NCBI GenBank assembly: GCA_965287045.1
Contig: OZ336885.1
Coordinates: forward strand, 61,008,001-61,072,000
Length of the DNA: 64,000 nucleotides
Direction: 5' to 3'
Source: Carcharhinus amblyrhynchos
Taxonomy: Eukaryota
Of this stretch, positions 1 to 10,879 are shown in pieces. The notes beneath the pieces are model-generated. The model was not told where the DNA came from. It did not search any database and was given only the letters and a program-made list of their open reading frames with translations. A program made the position numbers and the translations under genes. The first letter of the stretch is position 1; every line of letters starts with the position of its first letter.

Positions 1-172
1 GCGCACAGGGGCTTCGTAGTATTTAAATCAGTTTCCATAATTTAATGCAGCACATTAATGGAATTGAAGGCACTGCTAATCGTCAGATCCCGATCTTCTT
101 CCCATTATAACGTTACGGCCCGAGTCTTGCGCAGGAGAGGATACTAAAGACAGGGCTAGTATCTTTTGATAA

Positions 173-532
173 TGTTGATCATTTGTAAAGTTGAGGAACG
201 GCTTTAGGCAACCACCAGAAATCTAAGGTCACCTTCGTTGCACCGATGAGTAGAACAGACATCAACGCCAGTGCCGTTGCAAAGGCAAAAGTGACTCAAA
301 TCAGGTTAAAATAGGTTGGTCTGAAACGTCAAAGACCAAAGAGGGGAATAAAGGGTTAAAATATACAAGCAGGCACTGGCTCTCCGCGTGTGGCAGGGGA
401 AGAGAGAGGATGTAATTATGCGATCTCGACCATCATATGGTGGAAGAGGGACTCGCAGGTCAAAGTGAATTGCTCCTCTGTGTGCAAGTTTAATAAATTC
501 TGTTCACCAGTTGAAATCTTTCGTAGTGCAAC
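173..532 (+). repeat. Putative 5' LTR
   Basis: Begins TGTTG (173), AATAAA at 492-497, ends ...TGCAAC immediately before the PBS. The left boundary is uncertain. Confidence 0.55.
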
Positions 533-550
533 TGGCGCAGGGACAGTGTT
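533..550 (+). promoter_or_regulatory. Primer binding site, tRNA-Ser(TGA)-like
   Basis: TGGCGCAGGGA-CAGTGTT aligns with TGGCGCAGCGAGCAGGGTT, the complement of the vertebrate tRNA-Ser(TGA) 3' end as I recall it; lies directly after the LTR-like block. Confidence 0.7.
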
Positions 551-599
551 CCTTAGTCGTGGAGGCCATGGCCATTTTCAAAAATAGGAATCGGACAGA

Positions 600-1386
600 A
601 ATTTGAGTTCTGCCATGTGGGAAAGATGGCATTACATTACATCTGAAAAGTTTTAAGGAGAGTTAACCATTTCAGCGCATATTGATTTTATTTTGTGTCT
701 GCTTGTGTTGGTTGCAAAGGCAGCTGTAGAAATAATTAATCATGCACATTTTGTGCTTAAACTGGAAAGATTGTGATGAACTGTAAACGTCTTAATTTCG
801 TAGACGTGTTTAAAAGTGATGAAAATAAATCTTGTTTTGGATTAATCTGGATCAGGCTTTTCATTTAATTTGAAAATGTATTCTTGGTTGAATTGACAAT
901 GAAAACATAAATGGAAAGAGTATTCCAGAACGTTTGAAGTGATTATGTCAATCTGAATGAATTTACTCCGCCGTACTGAAACACACAGAGAATTAATACA
1001 TCCTCTTCCAGACAGGACGGAACTTTGTATTATAAGACTTGCAGTAATTTTAAGACATAAAATAAAAAAAAAATCTGAAAAGGGACTTACATTCGATAGA
1101 CTGCGACTTTGTGATTAACGATGGGAACTACTATACTGTCATAATGCATTGTAATTAAAGTATGTTACATGGATATGCAAAGTCAGTGAATCATCTAGAA
1201 AATTTGAGTAGTAGATCTGTTGTAAATTATGAATATGGGAAGATTGAAAACTGTATTAGATGCCAGACGGACTAAAAGGGAGAGCCCACCTATAACAACA
1301 AATTGACAGATGTATATAATTAGAGATGAGGAAAATAATTCAGTGGAATAAATGAGAAAAGAAAATGAACAGGATAATAAAAGATA
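600..1386 (+). pseudogene. gag: gag remnant (heavily degraded)
   Basis: Lies between PBS and protease; GRLKTVLDARRTKRESP (~1240-1295) resembles a capsid major-homology-region Q-x-x-x-E-S-P motif; purine-rich coding-like composition. Confidence 0.45.
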
Positions 1387-1985
1387 TAGAACATAGGACA
1401 CTACAGCACAAACAGGCCCTTTGGCCCACAAGTTGCGCCGATCATATCCATACCTACCAGGCCATAGAATTATCTGTAACTCCCAATCCAATTAAATCCC
1501 ATGTACTCATCCAGAAGTCTTTTAAAAGACCCCAGAGAATTCGCCTCTACCACCACCGACGGTAGCCGATTCCACTCATTCACCACCCTCTGAGTGAAAA
1601 ACTTACCCCTAACATATCCTCTGTACTTGCTTCCCAGAACCTTAAACCTGTGTCCTCTCGTAGCGACCATTTCAGCCCTGGGAATTAGCCTTTGAGAATC
1701 CACTCTATCTATTCCTATCAACATTTTATAAACCTCAATCAGGTCGCCTCTCAACCTATGTCTCCCCAGGGAGAAGAGACCAAGCTCCCTCAACCTATCT
1801 CCATAAGGCATGCCTCACAATCCAGGCAACATCCTTGTAAATCTCTTCTGCACCCTCTCAATAGCTTCCACATCTTTCCTGTAGTAAGGCGACCAGAACT
1901 GTGCACAATACTTCAAGTGGGGCCTGAGAAGGGTCTTATAAAGTTGCAGGATTTCCTCCCGACTCGTAAACTTAATCTCTCGATT
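1385..1985 (-). mobile_element. CR1 (HER1-like) LINE, 5'-truncated, inserted in the ERV
   Basis: ORF 1470-1811(-) LRELGLFSL..RLRGDLIEVYK..TRGH..FFTQRVVNEWNRLP is the CR1 ORF2 C-terminus; simple-repeat tail (ATAGAAC on +) at ~1385. Confidence 0.95.
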
Positions 1986-1994
1986 CTGTTAGAG

Positions 1995-2270
1995 AGGAGC
2001 TGACAGTAAACGGAAGAGGATAAAATCAAAAGTGGTATTCACTGGATACAAGAGGGACATGCAATGGGATTCTAGGAAGTAGAATGCTGTTTAGGTGATA
2101 ACTATAGATGAAGAAACAAAGTTTTCTTAAAAGAAAAAGAAAATAAGATAGGCACAAATGAGCATTTGAAAGCTCACAACACTGTTTCCTGAATTTGGCA
2201 TGATCCTGAGGTAAGAAAATGTGTTGTTAGGAAGTTACCTGAATAAAATGATGTTATTTAGGACAAGAAC
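1995..2270 (+). pseudogene. pro: Retroviral aspartic protease remnant
   Basis: ELTVNGRG*NQKWYSLDTRGTC (degenerate DTG active site, ~2042-2063) and VRKLPE*NDVILGQE (ILG-x-D/E motif, ~2226-2270). Confidence 0.6.
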
Positions 2271-2364
2271 AAACAATTAAAGTAAGTTATGGCATGGAAT
2301 CAAATTGATAGATTTGATTTTTATTTCAAAGATGTTCTTAGGTTGTAGTATTTGAAAAAAAAAC

Positions 2365-2710
2365 AGTTCCAAGGCTTTCCATCAGAAAAAACAGGTAAAA
2401 TAAGTATTGAAAACTTTTTAGCTGTTGTCAGAAGTTTTTTGGAAGATGATGCCCTAGTGGTAAAACCCTTATAGCATTTGATAAATGGAGGAAGGGCTAG
2501 TCAGGGGAAGATAGAGCGCGGCGGGGGGGGAGGGGGGGGGGGTTGGAGGCGGGGGTGGAGATGCAGCAGTAGAGGCTTTTTCAGATTTGAAGCAGGCTTT
2601 TTGAGAACACCAGTTTGGGGATTTCCTGACATCACCAAACCATTCCACATTTTCTGTGACGAAAATGATGGAATGCAGGCAGCTGCAGTTGCTCAGCAGC
2701 ACGGGACAAA
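2365..2710 (+). pseudogene. pol: pol fragment: RT thumb/connection (tether) region only
   Basis: RSFLEDDALVVKPL*HLINGG..., then DAAVEAFSDLKQA, then FLRTPVWGFPDITKPFHIFCDENDGMQAAAVAQQHG, matching the retroviral AF..LK..L...P.LG.PD..KPF.L...G...VL.Q.HG pattern; no YxDD palm upstream. Confidence 0.85.
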
Positions 2711-2830
2711 GTATTAGTGAAAGTGGCCCCTGAACAATTGACGTTTGCAGCCAAATGGACGAGACCCTACGACATCATTATGACTGGTGACACTTGTGCT
2801 TGTATTGAAAAGAAAACTGAGGAGTTATAA
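2705..2830 (+). pseudogene. pol: pol fragment: integrase C-terminal (GPY/F) domain
   Basis: DKVLVKVAPEQLTFAAKWTRPYDIIMTGDTCACIEKK matches the GD.VLVK...(P)KW.GPY.V pattern of retroviral integrase CTDs. Confidence 0.8.
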
Positions 2831-2924
2831 TCCAAAGGGTAATGGCTGAATCTACCAAAATCCCAATATAGGAAACCGACTGGTATGCTGAACGTACCAG
2901 GCATGAGTTAACGATCTACAACCC

Positions 2925-5250
2925 ATTGTATTTGGGCGTTCACGGTTATTTTTCGTTTATATGGGGTTTATGTCATTATTAAATGGGCAATATCATGAAT
3001 TCGACAAAGGTAACCTAAAATCGAATTTTCTCCTTTTATCCCCAGGATGTCAGCTTGCACATAAGGAGTTACATTAATAGTACCGATTTCTAAAACCTCG
3101 TACCGCAGGCTCCTTTTTTTTTAAACCCATAGGTCATGGAATACAAATGGGTACTTAACCTTTGCGGGCTGATCGTCCTGAGAGACTGTTCATAAGACAG
3201 CCCCCCTCCCTCCCGCCCCCTCACTACCATCCCCCCAACCCCCAGAATGATGTCAACCCGATTCTTCAAATGCAACCGACCTTGGCGGGTCGAAATCCCA
3301 TGGGCTGAGGAGCGTTGCACAATTTCACCGACTGAATCTGCATTATGTCAGGAAAAGACTGGGCTAAAGATAGGACTTATTTTAATGCTTGGCCACAAGT
3401 TATCCGGGCAAGGATGACGTGTTTCTCAAATGGACTTCAGATTGGACAACCGGTTGTCTGGACCACAGGGAAGTGCGCAAAAAGGTTGGATGTATCTTTG
3501 GAATTATACTTGCACCGAGGTTGGGCCCATCCCAATTACCCAAAAAGAGAGTCAGAGTATGCTGTTAGTAAGAGGAGACAGATGCAGTGGCATTTTTCCT
3601 GTATGTTTGTTTTTCCCTTCTATTCAAAGCCCTCTCCTATTCCCTCCCCAGAAATATTGTCATGCCCCATGGTTTTTTAAGGGACCCGAGAACGGGATTG
3701 TACTTTTAAACGAAGGAGAAATTTGATATGATAATGTGAAACATGAGATTGGACCTGTTCTGGTCAACATTTCTGCAATTCAAATACTGGAATACTGTTC
3801 AGAAAATCTAAAAACTTGTATGTTTTGTTTTCAGTAAATTTGATATGAGACAGGCTGCCGACGCCATGGGGACCTCTAGAGTTCGGAGACAGGGGGGAAA
3901 CAGAGGGACAGTTAGTGACGTGCTCATAGCTGTAAACACGGGAACCTCCCTGCTAAATCCTTTGGATATCCAGAGGTTAAATGGAAAGGTGGAACAACTT
4001 AAGTTGGTCATGAGGGATTTCCCAAAACGATCAGAGGAAACACAAGAGAGACAAGCAGCTTTGGGCGATGTGGGTATGGATATCCAGTAAAATGCAATAA
4101 CATGCTGGAGGACCATGCTCGCACGATTAAACACCTGATAGAACACTGTACGATTAGGACTGGAACAACTTTGTCATACATACGGCCTATGGATGGTGGG
4201 ACAGTTGAGACAGAATCTCGGTCAGATCAAAAGGGACGAGATACCCAATTGGATTGACAGCTTCCGCCTGGCATAGACAGCCACACGGACAGGAGCATTG
4301 GAAAAATGCATTCTCAAAGGCCTCAGCAGAGTACACCCAGTAGTTCCAGATTGTTGGCATGAGCGAAGCTACCGGGCTGGGGGTGTTTCTGATGTTCGCT
4401 AAAGTCACACTGGGCTCTGGACCATTTCCCCTATACCAATTGGAAAATATCGAGGTAGTGCGAGGAAATGCCTCCCTCTGTTATCACCTATCCTCGGCAG
4501 CAGCCATAGGTAGGGACAATTCATTCTAAGGAATCTCCCTTTTGGGGTCTAAGCAGAGGGGTGACATCATCGTTGCCCCCACGCTGTTGAATGGGGAGAC
4601 ATGAGCACATGTGGCTTCAACCGTACTGAAGGATGAGTCCTGGAGATTGAGCCAACCTATAGGCATTTTGCCCACACTGAATAAACGATCAAGGGCAGAT
4701 ACTTTGTCTCAGCCACGTCCTATCGTTATAATGGCCTGCTGTGCATGATCCCCCAAGTCAAGTACTTTTTCAGAGCGTTTTGGCCTCGTTAGAATAGGCG
4801 TAGCTAGGATCATTCAAGTTTGGTGCCGAAGCATACAGGCTATCAATGTCGCAAAGTCCATGATACCTTACAGGACAATAAAGAACCGGAACTCTCCCCT
4901 ATCCCACACCTGGCAGAAACTCTGTGAGAGCTAAGATTTTATCGGAAACTCAGTTTAGCTATACCACCAGCTACAAACAAAAATTCAGACTTTGGGAAAA
5001 GACACCGAAATTTTATTGCAGGAAGAGAGTTGGTGGCAGAGTGTTGGATTGGGGAAATAATATTAATATACACCCGTGGATTTGAATCATTTCACACATG
5101 ATAGCAGGCCTACAACTACTAGTAGTCCTTGCATGATGCAATATCGTTTGCTGGTCCAGCAAGAAATACCAGCAACACAAAAGCATGAAGGCCACTGCTA
5201 ATGTCTTAAGAGACATGGAGGGCAGGGTAATTCGGAGAAATTCAATTTGA
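2925..5250 (+). pseudogene. env: env pseudogene, class I fusion protein of F-like/lokiretrovirus type
   Basis: Hydrophobic segment IWAFTVIFRLYGVYVIIKW (~2929); GPENGIVLLNEG (~3682); furin site RVRR (~3878-3889); fusion-peptide-like TVSDVLIAVNTGTSLLN plus heptad DIQRLNGKVEQLKLVM; LGQIKRDEIPNWI; Cys-containing ectodomain; Trp-rich WWQSVLDWG and TM IISHMIAGLQLLVVLA (~5030-5135). Confidence 0.8.
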
Positions 5251-5378
5251 TATAACCGACTATTATTCCTGAAATCATGTGACTGCAGCACAATGAGGCA
5301 GGGAATAGTGGGCGATCCAAAACGTTTTAATATATTATAGAAACGTCGGCTTCAGGGCTGGTGAGAGCAGCCACTTAC

Positions 5379-5390
5379 AAAGCAGGGGAT
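5379..5390 (+). promoter_or_regulatory. Polypurine tract
   Basis: AAAGCAGGGGAT immediately before the TGTTG LTR start, downstream of the env stop. Confidence 0.7.
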
Positions 5391-6151
5391 TGTTGAAGGG
5401 AGTTTGAAAGACTAGTTTTGGAGGGAACAATATCCTCGGCTTAGGTGCCTTATAACAAATTATATTGAAAGATACCAACATAACAATTTATATTCAAAGG
5501 TACGTGTATAGCAATTTATAATAGAAGGAATAAATCGCATATAATGAATATATATGAACTTACCGTTGCACGATCATAACGGGCATGCATGAAAACTTCA
5601 ACATATTGAACATACAGGAACTCAGGATAGTAAAACGACACAAGATGGATGCTAGCTTTTAGCTACATTCCTGAACACCAATCGCTGGCTTCAGCATAAG
5701 CGTCCGCACAATGCACCACAGATACTGGTGACTGGCACTAGTCTATGATCTGAGGCTTCGGGTGAAAATCAGACATGGAGGGTTAGGGAAGACAATCATG
5801 GGGGCTGATAAGGAGGCCCACTCGACAAGGAGTATTGTACACTGAAGGGCTCCAGATAGGAAAAAGAAAGATAATATTGACAGAGGTACCATGAGTCGTG
5901 TCCATGAGACCACGAGCAGATCATGCACAAGCTCACCTTAAGTATTGTATTTTTTAATGTACATGCATGTCATTTGTAATCAACGTCGAGCCGTGAAAAA
6001 TGTATCAGAATGGATTTTTTTTTCCTTTGTTCGTCGGAGAGTGGCACTAAGTTTAACACAAGCCATCTCCCCGCTGGCAAAAATAAACCATTTCATGCGT
6101 GGACCAACCCTAAGCTTTGAGTGATTTCTCTGAGAGTCACTCCCGCTAACA
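5391..6151 (+). repeat. 3' LTR (~760 bp)
   Basis: Starts TGTTG after the PPT, AATAAA at 6082-6087, ends ...GCTAACA. Confidence 0.7.
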
Positions 6152-6507
6152 CCTGCATTTTGTCTGAAGCTGCAAATATATTTAACTCATTTTGAATAAA
6201 ATGTACTCATGTACTTCATGCTTAAGCCTTTTTCTCATAGGCTTTGACGAGTCATCAATAACTTCCACTACATTACTAGTTCTGATTCCGCCACGTACTC
6301 TTAGGTTTAAATGCACTTTCTTTTAACTGTTCGAATACATTTTACTACTCATACTTATGTAGAATTTACACCCCACAATTTACCTTGTCTACAATGACAA
6401 TTTTCATTTTCCATTGCGGTTGTATTCTCCTTCATATTCCATATTGGTTGCAATGACCCTTTCCAATTGAGCTGCTTTTTCATAGGGGACAATATCACTC
6501 CTGAGTG

Positions 6508-6880
6508 TTTTTTTTTATCATGCATGTGATGTGGCGTCGGTAGCTAAACTGGCCAATAGTAATTCTCCTTGAGTAAACAGTGGTGAGCCTCATTATTGAT
6601 TGAATGGAATTTCTGAGTTTTATTTACACCTACAGTGCTGTAGGAGAGCCAAAAACCGGGAATTTGACACAGTGACAATGGCGGTGTGGTGAATTATTTT
6701 CAAGTCAGTATTGTGATTGGTTATGGGGAGATCTCCAGGTTCTGTTTATTGCAGTTATCTGCTGTTATTGTCCTTACAGACGGTAGTAGTCATAGATTGG
6801 CACATGCTGCTGAAAGAAACTCGTATGTTCCTGCATGACATTTTGAAGATAACCACGGCTGCCATAATGTAGCTTTACCA
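6508..6880 (-). mobile_element. Old CR1/L2-group LINE 3' fragment
   Basis: Degenerate match to the same antisense LINE 3' end seen at 29300-29550 (gtggtgagc..cacagtgctg..tttgacacagtgaca..ttcaagtcag). Confidence 0.55.
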
Positions 6881-8059
6881 GCGACACATTTCAATGCAGC
6901 ATACCCCCTCCTTCTTCCATTATGAACATTTTCCACTAGTACATTCGTTGATATTACTCACCGAAACCTTTACATTTCTGATCAAATTCTGCAGATATGT
7001 TTAATAAAGTTGCTTTAATTGTCACAGCAAGAAGTAACGATGTTAAGTATTCAATTATGTGAATAGAAGATAAGAAGATAAAGTCCATTGCCCTCGTTTA
7101 CCTTGCTGACACTGGCTCAGTTTTTGCTCTGTGAAAATAAACTATTGGTACAGTGAACAGGATATGCGGCCTGCAAAGTTATGGTGCTATCGTGGAATAA
7201 TACGTCCATGGGCAAAATAAAACGACTAAAAATTCACAAACCGGTAGTAAGACACGTATTTCTTTGAACATTTCTTAGTGGGATTAGACATCACGATAGT
7301 CCAAATAATACGTCGCGATTATCGAAAGCCTTCGGCATCAATGACATAATTTATGGGAAATAGAACAAAATAGAAACATCTATATATAAAGCCAACATTG
7401 AAGGATCCGTTTTGTTGTCTTCAAGCTGCAGAATTACCTTAAATAAGTGCAAGGAGAAATGGAGAGAAAAAATAACAGTCTTATGCAGCTGCTGCTTTCC
7501 TTTCAATAATGCAGAACGGTAATTTAGTATCCATGCGTTCAGTGCGATAAATTCAACTGATCATTGAGCTCCCGACGTTAGTGTGTTAAGTCGCTCTGTT
7601 ACGGGAATCTTATTTTTCCTTGTGAAGGTTGACTTATTCGGAATGTTGCAGTCATGGGGTATATGACAAACTACAAATTCAAATTCAGATGTCCATTATG
7701 AACCACAACGGGTTTGAATCAAACGTGAGTCCTTTTTAAGCACTGAATCGCCACTGGCATGATGAAAATTTGCTAACATTAACAAAAAACTGCCAAATAG
7801 TCGGCCATTCCCATTATCAACCTCCCATCACCGACAAATATACGCAACAGTAAGTTACGGCACCATACCTGCTATGACTGAGTAGAGTCAATAACACCCA
7901 AGAGACGTGGAAAGGTATTATTGAAGTAAGATTGCACACCTGTTTGTTGCAGAGCTTGTCTCAAATTGTCCAGTTCTGAAATACAAATAAATATAACTAA
8001 ATGCATCTGTATATTTCCAATCAAATTACACGTTCAGGGCAGGAACCACCGATCAACTA

Positions 8060-8450
8060 TGATTGTCCCAGGGTATCGTTGACGCGTCTGTTCTCTCAGC
8101 GGCAACTGAATTCGCAATTTCTGACCTCTATATTTTTATGTTTGGTAAGCTGCTGCCGTTCGGTAAAACTGCCACATAACATTTTCGTTCTGTGATGGTG
8201 GTTATGATCCTCAGATTCTTGATGTGTACTGAATCAAGGCAAAAAGCGCCAGAGAAAATCTGGGGATGGAGCCAAGTGATGAAAGAAGCGTATCAATCAC
8301 TGAGTGTGTTGGGGTTTTTTTGCTGAATACAGCTGCACTTTAATTGTATAAGCAACTGATTGCAAATTCACATGAGGTCGATTAGGACATTAATGATGAT
8401 GCTTATGATGCTGCTGATATTGACGGACGTGATGGCACCATTCCCACTTG
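8060..8450 (+). mobile_element. Probable PIF/Harbinger transposase remnant
   Basis: Frameshifted motifs in Harbinger DDE order: PG..DASVL (~8068-8095), (F)CDGGY (~8188-8205), RQKAPEKIWG (~8237), C*IQLHFNCI (~8321), then acidic tail DINDDAYDAADIDGRDG. Confidence 0.45.
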
Positions 8451-9589
8451 TCAGAGTCAATGATACTGAGTTTCATCTACATGTTACGTGTCATGCATTA
8501 GTCCGAGTTTTAACATTGCCAAAACTTTCTTTATGTGCTATCAGGGATTGATTCGCTTTCGGTGGTGGAATGGAACAGCCTTTAGTTAGCTGTAAGCATC
8601 ATCACTTCTGCTGTTCATGATAGGCCATCATTACTGGAATGATACTAAGTCCTGTGGCCAATCAATATGCTTGGTTACCATCAATAATTTTACTTTACAC
8701 CATGCATGCATTTGGCTTGTTGGACAATGTGCACAGTTGTCATTGACCTAAAACTTACAAAAATGTCTTAATACCAGAAGATATAAAACATATCTGTGCT
8801 TTCAGAAGCAAGCATTTTCATCTTTGGGCTGCAACTCAGCCCTTCTGTCCATCATGGATTCAATTCCTGAAGTGTGGTCAGGCTGCGTGGGACATGTGGA
8901 AGATGGACTGCCTGCCAGCAACTGGCATTCTGGTGAGTGAGTGTCGCCTATGTGCATTGTAATCACTGCATTCCTTCAAGTTTCTCAGGGGGTCGTAAGT
9001 AGCCAGATTGTTGCCTACGTTGAGGCAATTCGTGCGAATTTCTGAATGGGGTGGTTGGAACCTGGCTTGAATAAATGTTTAATTTGTTGCTAGTTCATAC
9101 TTTGTAACTAGTCAACCAACAAGATTTAATGACAGATTGCCTACTTGCGTCGATGGGCAAGACATTTGTTGACGGCGATGTATATATTGCCATTAGCAGT
9201 AATAACTATTGTGTTGGTGCCTCCCAATACAAGATCAAAGTGGATAGCTCACTCGGCATTCCTAAATGCATATGCCTACAAACACATAACTCTTGTGCCG
9301 TTCAATATGCTCACGGACCTGACGGTACATTTGGATAGGAGTTCTCATGTAATTTCCTCTCCTATTGATTGCAGGATAGACCAATTCCATTCTTGTCTGC
9401 AGCTGAAAACAAACCTTCATGCTGTGCTAATTAATTACATACATATCTCCGCCTGCACGGTACTAGTCTCTGTTGGTACATGTCAAGATATTTTGTAACT
9501 GAATTGGAACAGAACCTGAGGTGCTCCTGGAGACATTTTTGCCATGTTAACCTATTCCTGTATTGAAAGTTGCTTTTAGTTGTTGTATT

Positions 9590-9750
9590 ATTTCATGTGA
9601 CATGAATGCCGCTGGCAGGATGCCCTTGAACTGATTGGTCAACGGGCAGGGCATCGAAGAGTTAAAAGCATTCGTGTCAGTTTGGAGTGAAACGTAGGCC
9701 AGCCCAGGTAAGCTTGGAAGATGTATTTCCCTAACTGGTTGTTACTACAG
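9590..9750 (-). mobile_element. Shark SINE fragment (antisense)
   Basis: gagtgaaacgtaggccagcccaggtaagcttggaagatgtatttccctaa is similar to 37500-37560 (gtaggcccga..gtaaggacggcagatttcctcccct). Confidence 0.5.
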
Positions 9751-10879
9751 CAGCTTTTAATAAAATAAGACGATGACTTGCATTCATCTGTCAACTATTT
9801 TAAAGCTTTGCCTTGTGACACATTGTTTTGGTGTTGCAATTATCGCTGCATTTTTGGAAGCGGTAGGTAGTGTTTTCAAAAATGGACTATGCAATAGATG
9901 CCATGTATTAGAGCCCTATCCTCGTTCAGATTACATTTGAGTTACGTATTGCCTGTTTAAATGCTCGTGGAAAATGTGAAGTTCGTGAAGACATCGCCAA
10001 TTATCTGAAACTACCAATATAAATTTCCAGCATCTCCAACCTCGCATTGGGGTTTGGGGACACCGGGTTGTGTTGTGTAAATCAATTCATAAATTTAGTT
10101 CGAAAAATATGGTTTAGTCCTTAGTATTTGGAAAATACTGAATAAAACCATATTTGACTTTAGCCAGGATCTTTCTTTTAGACGTAAACACATCATTCTT
10201 TGAAATTGTGGTCTATCTATCTATCTATACTCAGAACAATTGAACATTTGGCAATATACAGTTGCAACAGATTTGTGATATGACACAATTTATCCATACA
10301 TTTGCATAGCAAATGAGGTGTTATTTTCCTTGTAGTACTCCTCATGGAAAACATTCACAATCTAAAATAACCATATTTGGCGTTGGTTAGTGGGGTTAGC
10401 TGGATGGCTTGCTGATGTTGTATTGGTGAGGGTTACAAAAACAATAAACTAAGCATGAAAATGCGTTGAATGGCTTTCACCATTTTTCCATTAAGCGTAT
10501 TCCTTGGAGGGCAAATCCACCAGATCAAAGAGACTGAAGTCCACTTACAATGAAAGCAAAATGCTGATCCCATGATTTTTGTGTTGGTTTAAATCGTGTT
10601 TGGAGGAAGTTAATCATGAAAGATCGCCTTTTCACCGAGGGTAAGGAAATCTTCAGGAGAATCGCAACAAATCAGGATGCTCATCCTTTGCATAGTCCTG
10701 CTTCAATTTTGAGATATCCGTTTACATCTATGGCGTCTTTACATCATATTCTCTTCTGAATAAGTTTCAAAAAGGTTGCCACGCAATATCACCTTCAGAT
10801 GTTTCATCACTGAATCTTTAGTTCCTTCCCTTGACCTTTGCTTCTCTACTTCTAGTAATGGACTGCACACTAGCATCCA

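Larger units (their letters stand above)
173..6151 (+). mobile_element. Degraded endogenous retrovirus (lokiretrovirus-like), internally deleted, interrupted by a CR1 LINE
   Basis: Ordered LTR-like block, PBS, gag-like, protease, RT thumb/connection, integrase C-terminus, env with furin site and TM anchor, PPT, LTR, all on the + strand; many stops and frameshifts. Confidence 0.85.

Noticed and set aside
1-156. Possible end of a MITE or DNA transposon at the window start
   Set aside because: Only one end is visible; no TIR pair or TSD can be verified.
3845-4090. env ORF as a domesticated (syncytin-like) gene
   Set aside because: The env region has numerous stops and frameshifts; only short fragments are open.
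173-6151. Foamy-virus or gamma/epsilon-retrovirus assignment for the ERV
   Set aside because: The PBS is not tRNA-Lys/Pro-like, the post-cleavage Env subunit lacks CKS17/CX6CC, and the post-furin sequence does not resemble foamy TM. Not fully excluded without phylogeny.
8806-8932. Exon-like segment (ttcag|...|gtgagt) with one open frame KQAFSSLGCNSALLSIMDSIPEVW...
   Set aside because: No recognisable protein and no partner exons; it lies within a probable transposon remnant.
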